A stretch of DNA of 61,909 nt, the filler included. It is 9 parts of 9 records of this genome, joined end to end, with 100 filler letters (N's around TTAATTAATTAA, not from the genome) between each part and the next. Parts side by side here need not be neighbours in the genome. Positions count along the whole stretch, not along the records: positions 1 to 8,342 come from SRR31147125_47148; positions 8,443 to 17,110 come from SRR31147125_47155; 7 more parts are not named here. One strand, 5' to 3'. The stretch's first letter is position 1, and each line of letters begins with the position of its first letter. The notes beneath the pieces were generated by a model. The model was not told where the DNA came from and did not search any database. It saw only the letters and a list, made by a program, of their open reading frames with translations. A program made the translations under genes and the position numbers. Below, one piece after another: positions 1 through 8,966 of this stretch.

Positions 1-900
1 GTCCAGAAAGCGCTGCAGATTGAGATCCATCGCTACCTGCATATTGGGTTTATTTCCGGTAACGGCAAACTCATCCCCTACCGTTTTTCCCGCCGAGCAC
101 GTACTGTGCGTTTCGACATCAACATACATCTCTTTTGTTTGAATCACTGCTGGATCAATAACTGCCGCAACAGCCAGCGGATCATGAAGGGCCATCCCGG
201 GAGCCTGTATACCATCATAAAAATGGTGATAGGTATGAAGCAGCTCTCCTGCTGTCTTCACTATGGGGTGACTGGAGGAACGCCATCTGTCTACTACATC
301 AAAAGAGAGCAGGGCGCGGTTGGTCACATCCAGCCCAACCATGGTCATCGGGATGCCGGACTTACATACAATCCGAGCAGCTTCCGGGTCGGCAAAAATA
401 TTGAATTCAGCCTCTGCCGTGATATTACCGCCATGTACGGCACCGCCCATGAATGTAATGTGCTTAATCCTTGCAGCGAACTGCGGGTCAGTCAGTATTG
501 CCTGGGCAATGTTGGTCATCGGACCCAGCGTTATCAATTCAAGTTCTCCAGCATATTTCGCGACCGTTTCTGTGAGGAACGAGAGCGCGCTGCTCTCCTC
601 CAGATTATAGTCTTCAGGCAATTCCACACCGCCGATTCCATTTTCTCCGTGTACCTCAGCAGCATATACCGCGTCACGATAGAGTGGTTCGGCAGCTCCG
701 GCAAATACAGGAATTTCTCGTCCGGCTAAGGTTGCAATCTTTATACAATTAGGAGCGGTATGCATTAACGGCACATTACCGGAAACTGCACTTATTCCCA
801 AGATATTCCAATCGGGCTGCTGAAAGGCCAGCAGGAGGGCAAGCGCGTCATCAACTCCGGTGTCACAGTCTATTATTATCAGTCGTTTATTTTCACTCAT
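1..900 (-). CDS. Nucleoside hydrolase (IUNH/Rih family), 3' end truncated by the window edge; not in the ORF track
   Basis: Manual translation from ATG at 900: MSENKRLIIIDCDTGVDDALALLLAF...VHGENGIGG...LGPMTNIA...MGGAVHGGNITAEAEFNIFADPEAA...GLDVT...LHDPLAVA. Has the DxDxGxDD motif and is open to position 1. Confidence 0.93.
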   Translation of the reverse strand, partial: MSENKRLIIIDCDTGVDDALALLLAFQQPDWNILGISAVSGNVPLMHTAPNCIKIATLAGREIPVFAGAAEPLYRDAVYAAEVHGENGIGGVELPEDYNLEESSALSFLTETVAKYAGELELITLGPMTNIAQAILTDPQFAARIKHITFMGGAVHGGNITAEAEFNIFADPEAARIVCKSGIPMTMVGLDVTNRALLSFDVVDRWRSSSHPIVKTAGELLHTYHHFYDGIQAPGMALHDPLAVAAVIDPAVIQTKEMYVDVETHSTCSAGKTVGDEFAVTGNKPNMQVAMDLNLQRFLD

Positions 901-904
901 TCAA

Positions 905-1840
905 CTATCCTAATGCACTGATTCGTTCGGTAAGGAACTCCACAAATTCTGCTCGTTTTATATCCATCAGCACATCCACATTCGGTTCGGCTGCGAGAAA
1001 AGCCCGGGCATCTGTTACCGTGGATCCCAATGTAAGTTCACCGTCAGTATCAATTACCACGTGACGGGGAACGGCAGTAAAAAGATCGGGGCGTATTAGT
1101 ACCGCTATTGCGCAGGTATCATGCAGAGGGCTTCCCCCGAATTGGGGAAAATGCTCTTCATGAAATGTGACAAAAAAGTCGAGTAATTCAGCCGTCAGTA
1201 TTCCGGCCCTATTTCCCAGAGCTCTGAATCGTTCGGTATCTGCACGGGTGATGATCGCTTTGTGGGTTACATCCAGTCCCGCCATTGTAATAGGGAGTTC
1301 GCTGCGGTAGACGATATCGGCGGCTTCAGGGTCCACCAGGATGTTGAATTCGGCCGCAGGAGTCCAATTTCCGCCGTCAGCGGCGCCGCCCATCAATGAA
1401 ATCCTCTCTATTTTGGATTTCAATTCAGGATAGGCCGTCAGGAAAAGAGCGATGTTGGTCAACGCGCCGGTCGGTACCAGCGTCACTTTTTTATCCGATT
1501 CCCGTACCAGCCGGGCAATTAAATCCGCGGCAGAACAATCTTCCAGTTCAAATGCCGGCTCAGGAAGATCCGGGCCGTCAAGACCTGTATCACCATGCAC
1601 TTCAGGTGCGATGATCAGATCCCTGAAAAGCGGTTTCCGCTGTCCTTTGGCAACCGGTACCTGCAGTCCAAGAAATGTCAGCATGCGCAGGGCGTTATAG
1701 GTAGTTTTCTCCACCGTCTGGTTTCCCGCGACAGTGGTTACCCCAAGTATTTCCAACTCGGGGCTGGCATGTGCCAGGATCATAGCTATCGCGTCATCAT
1801 GTCCGGGATCACAGTCGAGTATTATGGGTATGGAAATCAT
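905..1840 (-). CDS. Nucleoside hydrolase (RihA/RihC-like)
   Basis: DCDPGHDD motif, VHGDTGLDG, GNWTPAAEFNILVDPEAA, GLDVT, PLHD. Confidence 0.95.
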   Translation of the reverse strand: MISIPIILDCDPGHDDAIAMILAHASPELEILGVTTVAGNQTVEKTTYNALRMLTFLGLQVPVAKGQRKPLFRDLIIAPEVHGDTGLDGPDLPEPAFELEDCSAADLIARLVRESDKKVTLVPTGALTNIALFLTAYPELKSKIERISLMGGAADGGNWTPAAEFNILVDPEAADIVYRSELPITMAGLDVTHKAIITRADTERFRALGNRAGILTAELLDFFVTFHEEHFPQFGGSPLHDTCAIAVLIRPDLFTAVPRHVVIDTDGELTLGSTVTDARAFLAAEPNVDVLMDIKRAEFVEFLTERISALG

Positions 1841-1847
1841 TTTTCAC

Positions 1848-2831
1848 TCACTTTTCCTGTCCCGGGGCTTCTGCCTGGGTCTGTCCCATCTCCATGCGCT
1901 TGCCGATCTTCATCAGCATGCGCTGATGCTGGTTGCGTTTAGCCGCTGTATAGAGAACAAGGCCGACAACTGTAGCCACGTAAGGAATCATCTGTACAAA
2001 TTCTGCCGGGACCCTCAGGAGCTGCAGAGAATTCGACAATGCATCGAAGAATCCGAACAGCAGCGACGTAAAAAACGATCCGACCGGGGAGGCCCCGCCC
2101 ATAGCCTCGGCTGCCAGAGCGATGAATCCACGTCCGGCAGTCATGTCACGGCTGAACCAGGAGACATATCCCATCGACATATAGGCTCCGCCGAAAGCGG
2201 CAACGAACCCGCTCAGTGTAAGCGCGATAAATTGCGTTTTCTTCACACTGATACCAACTGAGTCGGCAGCTTCAGGATTTTCCCCAACGGCACGAATACG
2301 CATCCCCAGCGGAGTCTTGTAGATAAAAAAGTGCATCAGAAATACCGATAGCAGCGCAAAGTAGGTCAGCACATTATGCCCGGACAGGATCGGTCCCAGG
2401 ACCGGAATCTTATCCAGTAGCGGAATCGTAATTTTCGGCAGCACCTGGCTTGCAAGAGATGATGAAATACCCTTATCTCCCGCAATCAGATAGAGGATGA
2501 AAATCGTGCCACCGCTCGCCATCAAGTTTAGCGCGACCGCCGCGAGAATAATATTAGTTTTCAGTTTCAAGGAGAAATAGCCAAGCAGCATACCAGTCAT
2601 TGATCCTACGATGAGAGCCATGAGCAGTCCCAACCATGCGCTTTGGAACCATGTGCTGAAGAGCACACCGGTAAGGGCCGCGATCAGCATGATACCTTCA
2701 AGAGCAATATTGATAACACCCGCCCGCTCCGAAACCAGGGCAGCCAGAGCCGCGAAAAGGATCGGTGTGGTAACACGCAGTACTGAAAATCCGAATTGAG
2801 TGGTAAAGATAACCTGTAGAAATTCTCTCAT
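1848..2831 (-). CDS. Nucleoside ABC transporter permease
   Basis: SERAGVINIALEG, TPLGMRIRAVGENPEAADSVGI, GRGFIALAA; multi-TM. Confidence 0.93.
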   Translation of the reverse strand: MREFLQVIFTTQFGFSVLRVTTPILFAALAALVSERAGVINIALEGIMLIAALTGVLFSTWFQSAWLGLLMALIVGSMTGMLLGYFSLKLKTNIILAAVALNLMASGGTIFILYLIAGDKGISSSLASQVLPKITIPLLDKIPVLGPILSGHNVLTYFALLSVFLMHFFIYKTPLGMRIRAVGENPEAADSVGISVKKTQFIALTLSGFVAAFGGAYMSMGYVSWFSRDMTAGRGFIALAAEAMGGASPVGSFFTSLLFGFFDALSNSLQLLRVPAEFVQMIPYVATVVGLVLYTAAKRNQHQRMLMKIGKRMEMGQTQAEAPGQEK

Positions 2832-3919
2832 CCTTCCACCTCCTGTGCAGCTCCCTCACCGGAATCGGCAAGATCTTTCGTGGCATCGCGGAAAATCATG
2901 CGGTATTGCGATTTTTCCAGAAATCCGGCGGCCGCGATCAGGACGATCATAACACCCTGAATGATGGCGACTATTTCATTCTGCACATCGGACTGGCGTG
3001 ACATTAAGTCAGCACCTATCCGCAGATAGGCCAGAAAGAAGGCCGCTAACGGGATATATGCCGGATTACGTCGTGCCAGAATAGCCACGATTACGCCGGA
3101 CCAGCCGTAGCCGGGCAGCAACTGCCAGCTGAAGCGCCGATAGAGACCGAGCAGCTCAATTGATCCGCCGGCACCGGCAATAAATCCGCCGATTACCTGA
3201 GCACTGATAACAACTGCTGCTGTTTTAATTCCCGCATATTCGGCAAATCGGCTATTCATACCGGTCAGACGGGCTCTGAATCCCCAGCGTGTGCGGTACA
3301 TGTAAAAATACATGATAATAATAGCCGCTACCGCGATGAAAATACCGGCATGAACACGTGTACGGTTAATGATAATCGGCAGCTTTGCTGTTTCAGCCAG
3401 TTTAAAAGAAACCATGGCCCCGGCCTGTGGATCCCTGAGAAAATAGTTGATCAGGTACAATCCGAGAAAGAAAGCTATATAGTTGAACATGAGTGATGAA
3501 ACCATTTCACTGGCACCCCACCTCACCTTCAGTACGGCAGGAATACCGCAGAATACGGCACCGGTCAATCCTCCGACAAGGATCGTTACAAATGGATGAA
3601 TCACCGGTGGAAGAGGTAAGAGCACTGCAACAAAGGAAGAGACCGCGGCGCCGATGAAGAAGGCTCCTTCTGCTCCCAGATTGAACTGGTCGGCAGAAAA
3701 CATGAGGCTGACAGCCAATCCGGTAAAAATCAGCGGAATCATCATCTCCAAGACATTACCGATATGCCGCATACTGTCTAAAGGTCCTATCAGCAGCGCT
3801 TTCAGTGCTATCCCCGGCTGATCGCTTACCAGCAGGATGGTAACCAGGGCAATCGCCAAGGCAATCGCAATTGCCAGTACGGTCCGCAGGGTTTCAAAAG
3901 CAAATTTCTTATTTTTCAT
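2828..3919 (-). CDS. Nucleoside ABC transporter permease
   Basis: FNLGAEG, SEMVSSLMFNY, GYGWSGVIVAILA. The likely start is MKNKK at 3919, overlapping the ATPase stop, rather than 4012. Confidence 0.92.
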   Translation of the reverse strand: MKNKKFAFETLRTVLAIAIALAIALVTILLVSDQPGIALKALLIGPLDSMRHIGNVLEMMIPLIFTGLAVSLMFSADQFNLGAEGAFFIGAAVSSFVAVLLPLPPVIHPFVTILVGGLTGAVFCGIPAVLKVRWGASEMVSSLMFNYIAFFLGLYLINYFLRDPQAGAMVSFKLAETAKLPIIINRTRVHAGIFIAVAAIIIMYFYMYRTRWGFRARLTGMNSRFAEYAGIKTAAVVISAQVIGGFIAGAGGSIELLGLYRRFSWQLLPGYGWSGVIVAILARRNPAYIPLAAFFLAYLRIGADLMSRQSDVQNEIVAIIQGVMIVLIAAAGFLEKSQYRMIFRDATKDLADSGEGAAQEVEG

Positions 3920-5474
3920 ACACAACACCCCCAATCTCTTCCGGAGTCTGGTGCTTAATTCCCAGCATATAGAGTCCCAATTCTTCTTCGTTGACTTTAG
4001 ATGCATCGGCAAAAAAGGCTGTTACCTCTCCCTCATACATGACAATCAATGAATCGGCAAGTTCCAGAACTTCATTCAGGTCAGCCGATACCAGCAGAAC
4101 CGCTGAATCCTCATCCCGCAGCTCTACAAGTCGTTTCCTGATAAATTCTGTAGAGCCGACATCGATCCCCCTTGTGGGTTGGTCGGCCACAATCAGCTTC
4201 GGTTCCGAAGAGAACTCACGTGCTACAACCACTTTCTGTATATTTCCACCCGAAAGCATACCAACTTCCTGCAGTGGTGAACTGCATTTAATCTGGTATT
4301 CTTCCACCAGCCGACTGGAAAGGTCCCTGATGGCTTTCACCTTCGTAAGCACTTTTCCGGTATATTCACTGGAGTCATGCTTATCAGCAAGTACGTTCTG
4401 CTCTATAGTCATAGCTTCGGCAACCCCGTAGGTCATCCGGTCTTCAGGAATATGGCAAGTACCGAGATTGCGAATTTGCTTTATAGATTTTTTATTGATT
4501 ACTTCCCCATTGATGGTAACCGTACCTCTGGCCAACGGCTCTAGACCGGTTATACCTTCAACAAGCTCCCTCTGACCATTGCCCTCAACTCCGGCAATCC
4601 CGAGGATCTCTCCCTTACGAACCTGAAAACTGATACCTTTTACGGCGGTCTGTCCCAGTTCATTGGCCATGACCATACCATCGACATCCAAAGTGACTGC
4701 ACCGGGTTTCGCCCGATCCTTCTCAACTTCCAGGATGACATCCCGTCCAACCATAAGTCGCGAAATATCGGTAGGGGTCACATCGGCAACATTGAAGGTG
4801 CCTTGCGACTGCCCGTTACGCATAATGGTAATTCGGTCACAGAGTTCCTTTACTTCATGCAGTTTGTGGGAAATGAAGATGATGGTATTGCCCTGATCCT
4901 TCAGAAGTTTCAGTTCAGCAAAAAGCTCTTTGGTCTCTTGAGGTGTCAGAACCGCGGTGGGCTCATCCAGGATCAGAATCTCAGCACCCCGGTACAGGGC
5001 TTTGAGAATTTCGACCTTTTGCTTCGTCCCAACCGGCAGAAACTGAACTTTTGTCATCGGATCGACGGTCAGATTATATTTTTCGGCCAACTCCCGGGTA
5101 CTGCTGATGGCTTGTTTCAGATCCACCTTCAATCCCCTGGTCGGCTCCACTCCAAGAATCATGTTCTCCGCCACAGTAAGGGATGGAACCAGCATAAAAT
5201 GCTGATGTACCATACCAATTCCATGAGCAATGGCCTCGTGCGGTGATCCGATTTTGATCTCCTTGCCATTCAGATAGATAGATCCTCTCTGGGACTCCTC
5301 AAGACCGAATAATATCCGCATCAGCGTTGATTTTCCGGCACCATTTTCTCCCACAAGGGCATGTATTTCACCCTTGTGTATGGAAAAACTCACCTCATTG
5401 TTGGCAACGATTCCGTTGGCATACACTTTAGTGATTTTATCCATCGTCAGCAATGCATCATCATGCATACTCAT
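3909..5474 (-). CDS. ABC transporter ATP-binding protein (two-domain, sugar/nucleoside CUT2 type)
   Basis: Walker A GENGAGKST, LILDEPTAVL, LSGGNIQK, DQPTRGIDVG. Confidence 0.96.
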   Translation of the reverse strand: MSMHDDALLTMDKITKVYANGIVANNEVSFSIHKGEIHALVGENGAGKSTLMRILFGLEESQRGSIYLNGKEIKIGSPHEAIAHGIGMVHQHFMLVPSLTVAENMILGVEPTRGLKVDLKQAISSTRELAEKYNLTVDPMTKVQFLPVGTKQKVEILKALYRGAEILILDEPTAVLTPQETKELFAELKLLKDQGNTIIFISHKLHEVKELCDRITIMRNGQSQGTFNVADVTPTDISRLMVGRDVILEVEKDRAKPGAVTLDVDGMVMANELGQTAVKGISFQVRKGEILGIAGVEGNGQRELVEGITGLEPLARGTVTINGEVINKKSIKQIRNLGTCHIPEDRMTYGVAEAMTIEQNVLADKHDSSEYTGKVLTKVKAIRDLSSRLVEEYQIKCSSPLQEVGMLSGGNIQKVVVAREFSSEPKLIVADQPTRGIDVGSTEFIRKRLVELRDEDSAVLLVSADLNEVLELADSLIVMYEGEVTAFFADASKVNEEELGLYMLGIKHQTPEEIGGVVYEK

Positions 5475-5497
5475 ACTCCTGCTTTTCCCGATGTATG

Positions 5498-5529
5498 AAA
5501 AAAAGGATAGGCGGTCCTGCCGCCTATCC
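5498..5529 (-). terminator. Intrinsic terminator-like hairpin between the BMP gene and the ATPase
   Basis: Minus strand GGATAGGCGG-CAGGA-CCGCCTATCC followed by T7. Confidence 0.75.
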
Positions 5530-5632
5530 CTTTTCCTTTATTGAAATCATGAACATATGACAAAACTTTCAAAATTTCTGATTTTGAAAACCCTTGTCGT
5601 GTCTGTTCCATAAATTTCTCAAATGAGAAACA

Positions 5633-6736
5633 TTATTTTACGGCATTTCTCAGAGCATTCATCTCTTCAGTTGTGAGACCGAAAGCTGAAGATACTACAA
5701 TGTCGCCAGCCATGATTTTCTGTTCAACATCAAGAACATAATCTTTGATTTCATCGGATACAACTGCTTTGAAGATATCGTTGTTGGCAAGGCCGACACA
5801 CTCTTCTGCAAATCCGAGAACTTCAGCTTCACCATATTTTGCCGCACCGTCAATGTGCATTTTAACTGCTCTGAAGAGAGAGTTGTCAACACGTTTCAGG
5901 GCTGATGTGGTAATCAGGTTGGCTTTTTCGGGATCGCTTTCAGCAAAGATAAGCGCCTGGTCAGAGTCTACACCAATAGCGTAACGCTGTACGTCCTTAG
6001 CAGCATCAAGCTGTCCAAGTCCCGCCTGGCCGGCTACGTTAAATCCGATGTCCGCACCCTGGTTGTACTGGGCGAGAGCCATCTCTTTTCCTTTCGCGGA
6101 GTCACTGAAAGATCCGATGTAGGAAATGGCTACCTTGGTAGCTGGATCTACATACTGAACACCTTCGATGTATCCAACGAGGAAGTCATTAATTACAGGA
6201 ATGTCCATTCCACCGAGGAATCCGACTTTCTTTTCAGCATTTGCCAGCGGCATATCTGATGTGGTAACTTTTGCCGCAAGAGCTCCGGCTACAAAGGAAA
6301 CTTCGTTCTGTTTGTACATAATGGAATATACATTGCTGAAATCACCGTTCGCGTAGTTTACACCGGTATCAAAAATGATGTATTTCTTGTCCGGGTACAT
6401 AGGAGCGGTTGCTTCCAGCATTTCAGTCATCTGCCATGTTCCCACGATGATGATATCGTAATCTTCTTCGGAAGCGTCCAGCAGGGTCGGTTCCCATTTG
6501 GTTTCATCATAGCTCATTTCAATTGTTCTGGTCTGAATAGCATCGCCGTATTCATCCTGAAGCATCTTCATACCGTTATGAGCGGAGTCGAAGAATGATT
6601 TATCGCCCAATGTTCCATTAAGCAGCAGAACTACTTTCAGGACACCATCGTCGCCGGCTTCTTCAGCCTCAGCACCGGCAAACAGCATACCAGCTGTCAT
6701 AATCAGACACATAGCAAGAACCAATAATTTTTTCAT
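5633..6736 (-). CDS. BMP-family ABC substrate-binding protein (nucleoside binding)
   Basis: Signal peptide, GTLGDKSFFDSA, GFLGGMDIPVINDFLVGY, AIGVDSDQ, TSALKRVD; RBS GAGGAG. Confidence 0.95.
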   Translation of the reverse strand: MKKLLVLAMCLIMTAGMLFAGAEAEEAGDDGVLKVVLLLNGTLGDKSFFDSAHNGMKMLQDEYGDAIQTRTIEMSYDETKWEPTLLDASEEDYDIIIVGTWQMTEMLEATAPMYPDKKYIIFDTGVNYANGDFSNVYSIMYKQNEVSFVAGALAAKVTTSDMPLANAEKKVGFLGGMDIPVINDFLVGYIEGVQYVDPATKVAISYIGSFSDSAKGKEMALAQYNQGADIGFNVAGQAGLGQLDAAKDVQRYAIGVDSDQALIFAESDPEKANLITTSALKRVDNSLFRAVKMHIDGAAKYGEAEVLGFAEECVGLANNDIFKAVVSDEIKDYVLDVEQKIMAGDIVVSSAFGLTTEEMNALRNAVK

Positions 6737-6859
6737 CTCAACTCTCCTCGACTTTTTTAAAGTCTGGTTTATTATTCATGCCGAACGGTGATAAGTCGTT
6801 CCGCATGACCAAAAAACCGGCAGGACAAATCGACCTCCCGGTAATCGATACTATATAGT

Positions 6860-6888
6860 ATTCTAAGTCGTGATGCTATGAAAGTCAA
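6860..6888 (-). promoter_or_regulatory. Sigma70-type promoter for the nucleoside uptake operon
   Basis: Minus strand TTGACT-17 bp-TAGAAT. Confidence 0.65.
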
Positions 6889-7001
6889 AAAAATATTTAC
6901 TAAAACACTCAATTTTATGCAACTTTCTGCAACTGAATTGATCTGCCGTCTTTTTACCAGTTTGAAAGTGAGACATCCGGATTTTTCCATTGTATCATCG
7001 G

Positions 7002-8054
7002 TTAGTGTGAAACAATCTGCTGCAGGAAAAGATTCTGCATCACAAAAAGCAGGAAGAACGACAGGATTCCGGCAGCCAACGGTGTCATCACCCAGCCAGC
7101 ACCTATGCGGCCCATGATCCGGTAATTGATGTTTTTCCCTGTTTTTGCTAGTCCAATCCCCAATACAGCACCGACAACAGCCTGCGAACTGGAGACTGGT
7201 ACAAGGGGAAGTGAGGGCAACCCGTTTGAAATCAACCAGTCCTTTAAACCCTGGGATGCAAAGAGGAACAACACCAATGAACTCGACAAGACTACGATGA
7301 AAGCAGTTATCGGGGAAAGTTTATAAATACCTTTACCAACAGTCATCATGACTTTTCTTGAGTATGTGATAATGCCTAAAGCTATAGCCAGGCTGCCCAG
7401 CAGAAACAGCATCTGCACTCCGCTTAAATGGAAGAGACCCCAGAAATCCACATCTCCAAATGGAGAGACAGGAATAAATACCCCCATCACATTCGCTATA
7501 TTATTCGCCCCCAGACTGTAGGCCCCGAAAGCTCCGGCAACCACCAGCAGCAGCCGTGTTACAGCATCCTGCCTGATCATGTGCAGAGGCAGCTTTCTCA
7601 GCAGCATCCTGACGAAAAAATAGAGTCCGAAAGAGAAGACTGCTGACAATAATGGGCATAAAATCCAGGTAGAGACAATTTTGGTTAATGAATTCATATC
7701 CGTGGGATTCCCCGTAAAGAAATTCCAGCCGATGATAGCCCCTACGATGGCCTGGGATGTTGAAACGGGTAAATGCAGTCTTGTCATCCAGTACACCGTG
7801 AACCCTGCCGAAAAGGCTACTGTAAATGCTCCCGGAAGCGCATTCACCGCTCCCAGCTTACCCAGGGTATGTGAAGCACCCGCTCCGCTGAGCACCGCGC
7901 CCAGGATGACAAAGACACTGCCGATCAGCGCCGCGGTCCGGAACTTAATCATTTTCGTCCCGACTGCCGTCCCAAACACATTCGCGGCGTCATTCGCTCC
8001 CAATGACCAGCCGAGAAATAGTCCGCTCGATAAAAAGACCAGTAGTACTCCCAT
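7002..8054 (-). CDS. Inorganic phosphate transporter (PiT family)
   Basis: GANDAANVFGTAVG and GANNIAN signature repeats, PVSTSQAIVG / PVSSSQAVVG. Confidence 0.93.
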   Translation of the reverse strand: MGVLLVFLSSGLFLGWSLGANDAANVFGTAVGTKMIKFRTAALIGSVFVILGAVLSGAGASHTLGKLGAVNALPGAFTVAFSAGFTVYWMTRLHLPVSTSQAIVGAIIGWNFFTGNPTDMNSLTKIVSTWILCPLLSAVFSFGLYFFVRMLLRKLPLHMIRQDAVTRLLLVVAGAFGAYSLGANNIANVMGVFIPVSPFGDVDFWGLFHLSGVQMLFLLGSLAIALGIITYSRKVMMTVGKGIYKLSPITAFIVVLSSSLVLFLFASQGLKDWLISNGLPSLPLVPVSSSQAVVGAVLGIGLAKTGKNINYRIMGRIGAGWVMTPLAAGILSFFLLFVMQNLFLQQIVSH

Positions 8055-8069
8055 TGTCTCTCCTCTGGC

Positions 8070-8342
8070 CTAGATTGTCCGTTTGATTGCGGCTACCGAA
8101 AGCCGTTCACATACCGATTCCGCCTCATCAGATACACTGGCAATATGCTCCGCGAAATCCCGAAGCTGCATCTTTTCAGCCAGCTCAAGGTTCTCTAGGG
8201 CAAATACAGACCGCTTGATCTCATTCTCAATCCCGTCCGCTTCATGTTCATGGTAAAAAGTGCGGTTAATGTAATCCTGTATTATGTGCACTTCCCGAAA
8301 ATAGGCCCGGGCCGCAAGTACAGTATTGTTCATGGCCTCTTT
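8070..8342 (-). CDS. DUF47 / PhoU-like PiT accessory protein, 5' truncated at the contig end
   Basis: EHEADGIENEIKR...IASVSDEAESVCERL; directly upstream of PiT. Confidence 0.85.
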   Translation of the reverse strand, partial: KEAMNNTVLAARAYFREVHIIQDYINRTFYHEHEADGIENEIKRSVFALENLELAEKMQLRDFAEHIASVSDEAESVCERLSVAAIKRTI

Positions 8343-8442
8343 NNNNNNNNNNNNNNNNNNNNNNNNNNNNNNNNNNNNNNNNNNNNTTAATTAATTAANN
8401 NNNNNNNNNNNNNNNNNNNNNNNNNNNNNNNNNNNNNNNNNN
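8343..8442. other. Artificial contig spacer 1
   Basis: 44 N + TTAATTAATTAA (stops in all six frames) + 44 N. Confidence 0.99.
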
Positions 8443-8491
8443 CCGCAATCCGCAATCCACAATCCACAATCCACAATCCGCAATTCGTAAT
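8443..8491. repeat. Heptamer tandem repeat (CCRCAAT)x6 plus one degenerate unit at the contig start
   Basis: ccgcaat ccgcaat ccacaat ccacaat ccacaat ccgcaat tcgtaat. Confidence 0.9.
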
Positions 8492-8966
8492 TCGGGATCG
8501 GGCCGTTACAACGTCCTGCAATATCTAAAATAACGTTTTTACATCTAATATACAGAGCTATATTGCGCTTTTTAGGAATGGGTTTTAAATAAGTTGCCCA
8601 CTTTTGCCATTAGGGGACCGATTTTTTATCTGTCCCCGCCCCCGAAATGGAGACGTTATTTCGTGTTCATTCCTTGACATCAAAAACGAGACTGAGGGAT
8701 ATTTCATTCCATTTGGATTCTAAATTATCGATGCACTTGACCCGGAACATTCTTTCAGAGATTGCCTGGAACGGCGATTTTGAGTTCCGCTGTTCCAGGT
8801 AACTCACCTGTAGGCGCATGTCTGCGAAAGGCCGACCGGTCAGACTGGATCTTCGATACAAAATATCTGTAAAAAATTTCAACACTTTTTCATTGTGATC
8901 AACATGAATACCCTGCTATATTTGGGGGAACTAAACATAATCCCTTGACAACATTTTGGGAATGTT

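Noticed and set aside
106..729. 207-aa plus-strand ORF and the many other short antisense ORFs in the track
   Set aside because: They are shadows of well-supported genes on the opposite strand and show no motifs.
5551..5608. Long imperfect inverted repeat (core TTTCAAAAT/ATTTTGAAA) after the BMP gene as an ncRNA
   Set aside because: AT-rich, and the outer stem pairs poorly on the sense strand; at most an mRNA-stability element or protein site.
8443..8491. Heptamer repeat as a CRISPR or coding repeat
   Set aside because: No spacers; a short simple tandem repeat that probably caused the assembly break.
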